The notes under the pieces are model-generated. The model was given only the letters and a program-made list of their open reading frames with translations, had not been told where the DNA came from and ran no database searches. DNA of 43,429 bases from a virus. Lineage: Duplodnaviria; Caudoviricetes. Where the stretch lies: positions 1-43,429 of the IMG/VR virus record IMGVR_UViG_3300044496_000031. The stretch is one strand, 5' to 3'. The position numbers were made by a program, and so were the translations under genes. Positions 41,493 to 43,429 of this stretch are shown here, piece after piece (the stretch's first letter is position 1; the number at the start of each line of letters is the position of its first letter).

Positions 41493-42662
41493 CTACCCGC
41501 TGATGACTTCGACGTAGCCGGACATAATTCCGGCGCCGTTGGTGTTTGCCATTCCCATGATCGCCAGGCACGCATCGTCGAACACTCGCGCCAGGTTGAA
41601 TGAGCTCTTAATGCCGTCGGCGATGCCGATGAACCCATTGAACGCGCCCGGGTCATTCAGCACGAGAGCCGTCATCCACGCGAGGGGGTGACAGAGCGTG
41701 AAGTCGGCGCCGCCCGTGATCGACGTGTCGCATTGCATTTGCGTCAGCGCGAGCACGCCGGTATCGCCCGCCGCCAATGGGACGAACCATGCCTGGCTAC
41801 CCTGGCCGCCGCCGAAGTCAGGGCGCCCGGTGATCTGTGTGTTCACTCCCGCGAAAGACGGGAAGCTCGCGCCGGTGTTGCCGTCTTGGTCCGTGTATTG
41901 ACACACGGTCCAGTTGTGCGCCGCGCTCTCGGTGCCGGTCGCCTCGACGTAGAGGAAATTTCCGGTCGCGTAATCCGCCGCGCCTGGCGTTGTGCTTTGA
42001 TAGCGCGTCGGCACGCCCGTCACCGCTTCGGTGGCCGTGCTGCTCATCGTCTTGGCGACCGCGAAAAGGCGATCGTGCAGCAACCCCGTCATCTGCTGCC
42101 CGCCGCCAGCGCCATTGTTAGCGTAGAAAACTGTCCTGCCGACAAAACTCAAATCGCCAGAGGGCGGATTCTGAAATGCGATAGCGCCCACCGATGCGCT
42201 GTTATAAACGGTTCCACCTGGCGCCGCCGCGCCCCCTGCTCCTGCTGGCGGGGATCCTGGAACGCCGGACGCATTACGCCAGCTCGAGCTCATATTGCCT
42301 TGCAAGGCCACCGAATTTTTATTCGCGAATGCCAACGTCTGTTTTTTACCCCCGTTCCCTTCGGAGATTAGATCGGCCAGGGAGGCGAAGCCGGGCATCA
42401 TCAACGTGCTGCGGCGCTGACTGACGCGCCGGATCGCGCGTCGCGTTTTAATTGCGAGCTCGCGCAAGTAGTCCTCGGCCGTGGCCTCGTAACCGCCGCG
42501 GCACTCGCCAACGAAATCGCCATCGCCACAAGCGTAGACGTTGCCCGGCACGCCCGCCACGGCGATCGGCGGCCCGTACCATCCCCGCATTCTTGTCGAG
42601 ATATTGGCGGTGCCCTGCTCGCCGAGCCAGCGTTGCAACCTGTCGGGATGCGTGCTTTTCAT
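41493..42662 (-). CDS. Putative virion/tail-associated protein, paralog B
   Basis: 389 aa; shares DRLFAVAKT.SSTATEAVTGVPTRYQSTTP, AHNWTVCQYTDQDGN.GA and LARVFDDACL with the origin-spanning gene. Confidence 0.8.
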   Translation of the reverse strand: MKSTHPDRLQRWLGEQGTANISTRMRGWYGPPIAVAGVPGNVYACGDGDFVGECRGGYEATAEDYLRELAIKTRRAIRRVSQRRSTLMMPGFASLADLISEGNGGKKQTLAFANKNSVALQGNMSSSWRNASGVPGSPPAGAGGAAAPGGTVYNSASVGAIAFQNPPSGDLSFVGRTVFYANNGAGGGQQMTGLLHDRLFAVAKTMSSTATEAVTGVPTRYQSTTPGAADYATGNFLYVEATGTESAAHNWTVCQYTDQDGNTGASFPSFAGVNTQITGRPDFGGGQGSQAWFVPLAAGDTGVLALTQMQCDTSITGGADFTLCHPLAWMTALVLNDPGAFNGFIGIADGIKSSFNLARVFDDACLAIMGMANTNGAGIMSGYVEVISG

Positions 42663-42664
42663 GT

Positions 42665-43429
42665 TCAGCCTGCGGCCAGCGATACGGTGCCGGCAAAATT
42701 GGTTGTGTTCACAGTAGGCTTGATGAGCTCAAGGAAACACAAGCACGCATCGTCGAACACTCGCGCCAGGCCGAATGTGCTGTTGATTCCGTCATAGGTG
42801 CAGGCGACGTTCGCGATGGGGCACGGTAGAAATGCAAGCGCGTGGCCGATGACGAAATCGAGCGCGCCGGTGATCGAGGCCGAGTTTTGCATTTGCGTAA
42901 GCGCCTGAACGCCGAAGTCTCCCGCCGCGAGTGGGAAGAACCAGGTCCCGAGCGGCACGTCGATGCGATTGGCGTGGCAAGCACTGATGCCCACCGAGCT
43001 CGGCATTGTCGCGCCCGCATTCCCGTCCTGGTCGGTGTATTGACAGACGGTCCAGTTGTGCGCTCCCCCTCCCAACGCGGCGCCGGGGCCGACCTCGGGA
43101 AACATGAAATTCCCGCCCGCGTAGTCTGGATCCGTCGGCGTCGTGCTTTGGTAGCGCGTCGGCACGCCGGTCACGGCCTCGGTTGCCGTGCTGCTCGCGG
43201 TCTTGGCCACGGCGAAAAGTCGATCGTAGAGGAGCAGCGTGTTATTCGACTGCGAGCTCATTGGCTGTGCAGTCGTAATGTGCGTGGTGTCGCCGCCGGC
43301 CGGGTTGGTGAAGATAAGCGCCCCGGTGGTGGCCGACGTCGGCGCGGCCCCGCCCGGCGCGGCGGCCGCGGCGGCGCCGGCCGCGGGGTGATTGCCAAGA
43401 CGAAACAAGCACAACGATGCCGCTGTGAT
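42665..43429 (-). CDS. 3' part of the origin-spanning paralog A (continues from 429..1)
   Basis: Open to the window end and in frame with 1-429 through the terminal overlap. Confidence 0.85.
   Translation of the reverse strand: MTAASLCLFRLGNHPAAGAAAAAAPGGAAPTSATTGALIFTNPAGGDTTHITTAQPMSSQSNNTLLLYDRLFAVAKTASSTATEAVTGVPTRYQSTTPTDPDYAGGNFMFPEVGPGAALGGGAHNWTVCQYTDQDGNAGATMPSSVGISACHANRIDVPLGTWFFPLAAGDFGVQALTQMQNSASITGALDFVIGHALAFLPCPIANVACTYDGINSTFGLARVFDDACLCFLELIKPTVNTTNFAGTVSLAAG
43352..43429. repeat. Terminal direct repeat, copy 2
   Basis: gcccggcgcggcggccgcgg...gatgccgctgtgat, same as 1-78 apart from 3 nt. Confidence 0.95.

Larger units (their letters stand above)
1..43429. mobile_element. 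Near-complete podovirus-type phage genome (epsilon15/APSE/BPP-1-like architecture), circularly permuted
   Basis: Full set of terminase, portal, scaffold, capsid, tail tube, ejection, fibre, lysis, replication and recombination genes. No host housekeeping genes; the ends overlap. Confidence 0.93.

Noticed and set aside
41493-43429. Diversity-generating retroelement (BPP-1-like architecture, repeats near tail genes)
   Set aside because: No reverse transcriptase or Avd-like ORF seen. The repeats are coding paralog blocks with largely synonymous differences, not an adenine-specific TR/VR pair.

Overview
The window looks like one near-complete, circularly permuted, GC-rich short-tailed (podovirus-type) phage genome of about 43.35 kb. 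Its ends overlap by 78 bp with 3 mismatches, and one gene reads across the join. Gene order resembles epsilon15/phiV10/APSE/BPP-1-type phages. The minus strand carries cro, cII-like, RusA, adenine MTase and a replication initiator, then terS/terL, portal, scaffold, capsid, tail tubes, a lysis cassette, four ejection proteins and two tail fibres. The plus strand carries the early operon (DUF3560-like, YqaJ, RecT, a secreted metalloprotease). The most striking feature is a lambdoid immunity region with intact promoters and four operators but no CI DNA-binding protein, in a genome with no recognisable integrase. Where the two arms converge there is an attP-like locus (5' half of tRNA-Leu(UAA) flanked by phased repeats) next to a bacterial chromosomal-type parS palindrome. 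Other notable items are an ejection protein carrying zeta-toxin-like kinase and ddrB/ParB-like domains, an endolysin-holin fusion with an internal start, four signal-peptide proteins, and three GACAA-bulged hairpins in the capsid leader. All family calls come from motif recognition and synteny, not database searches.
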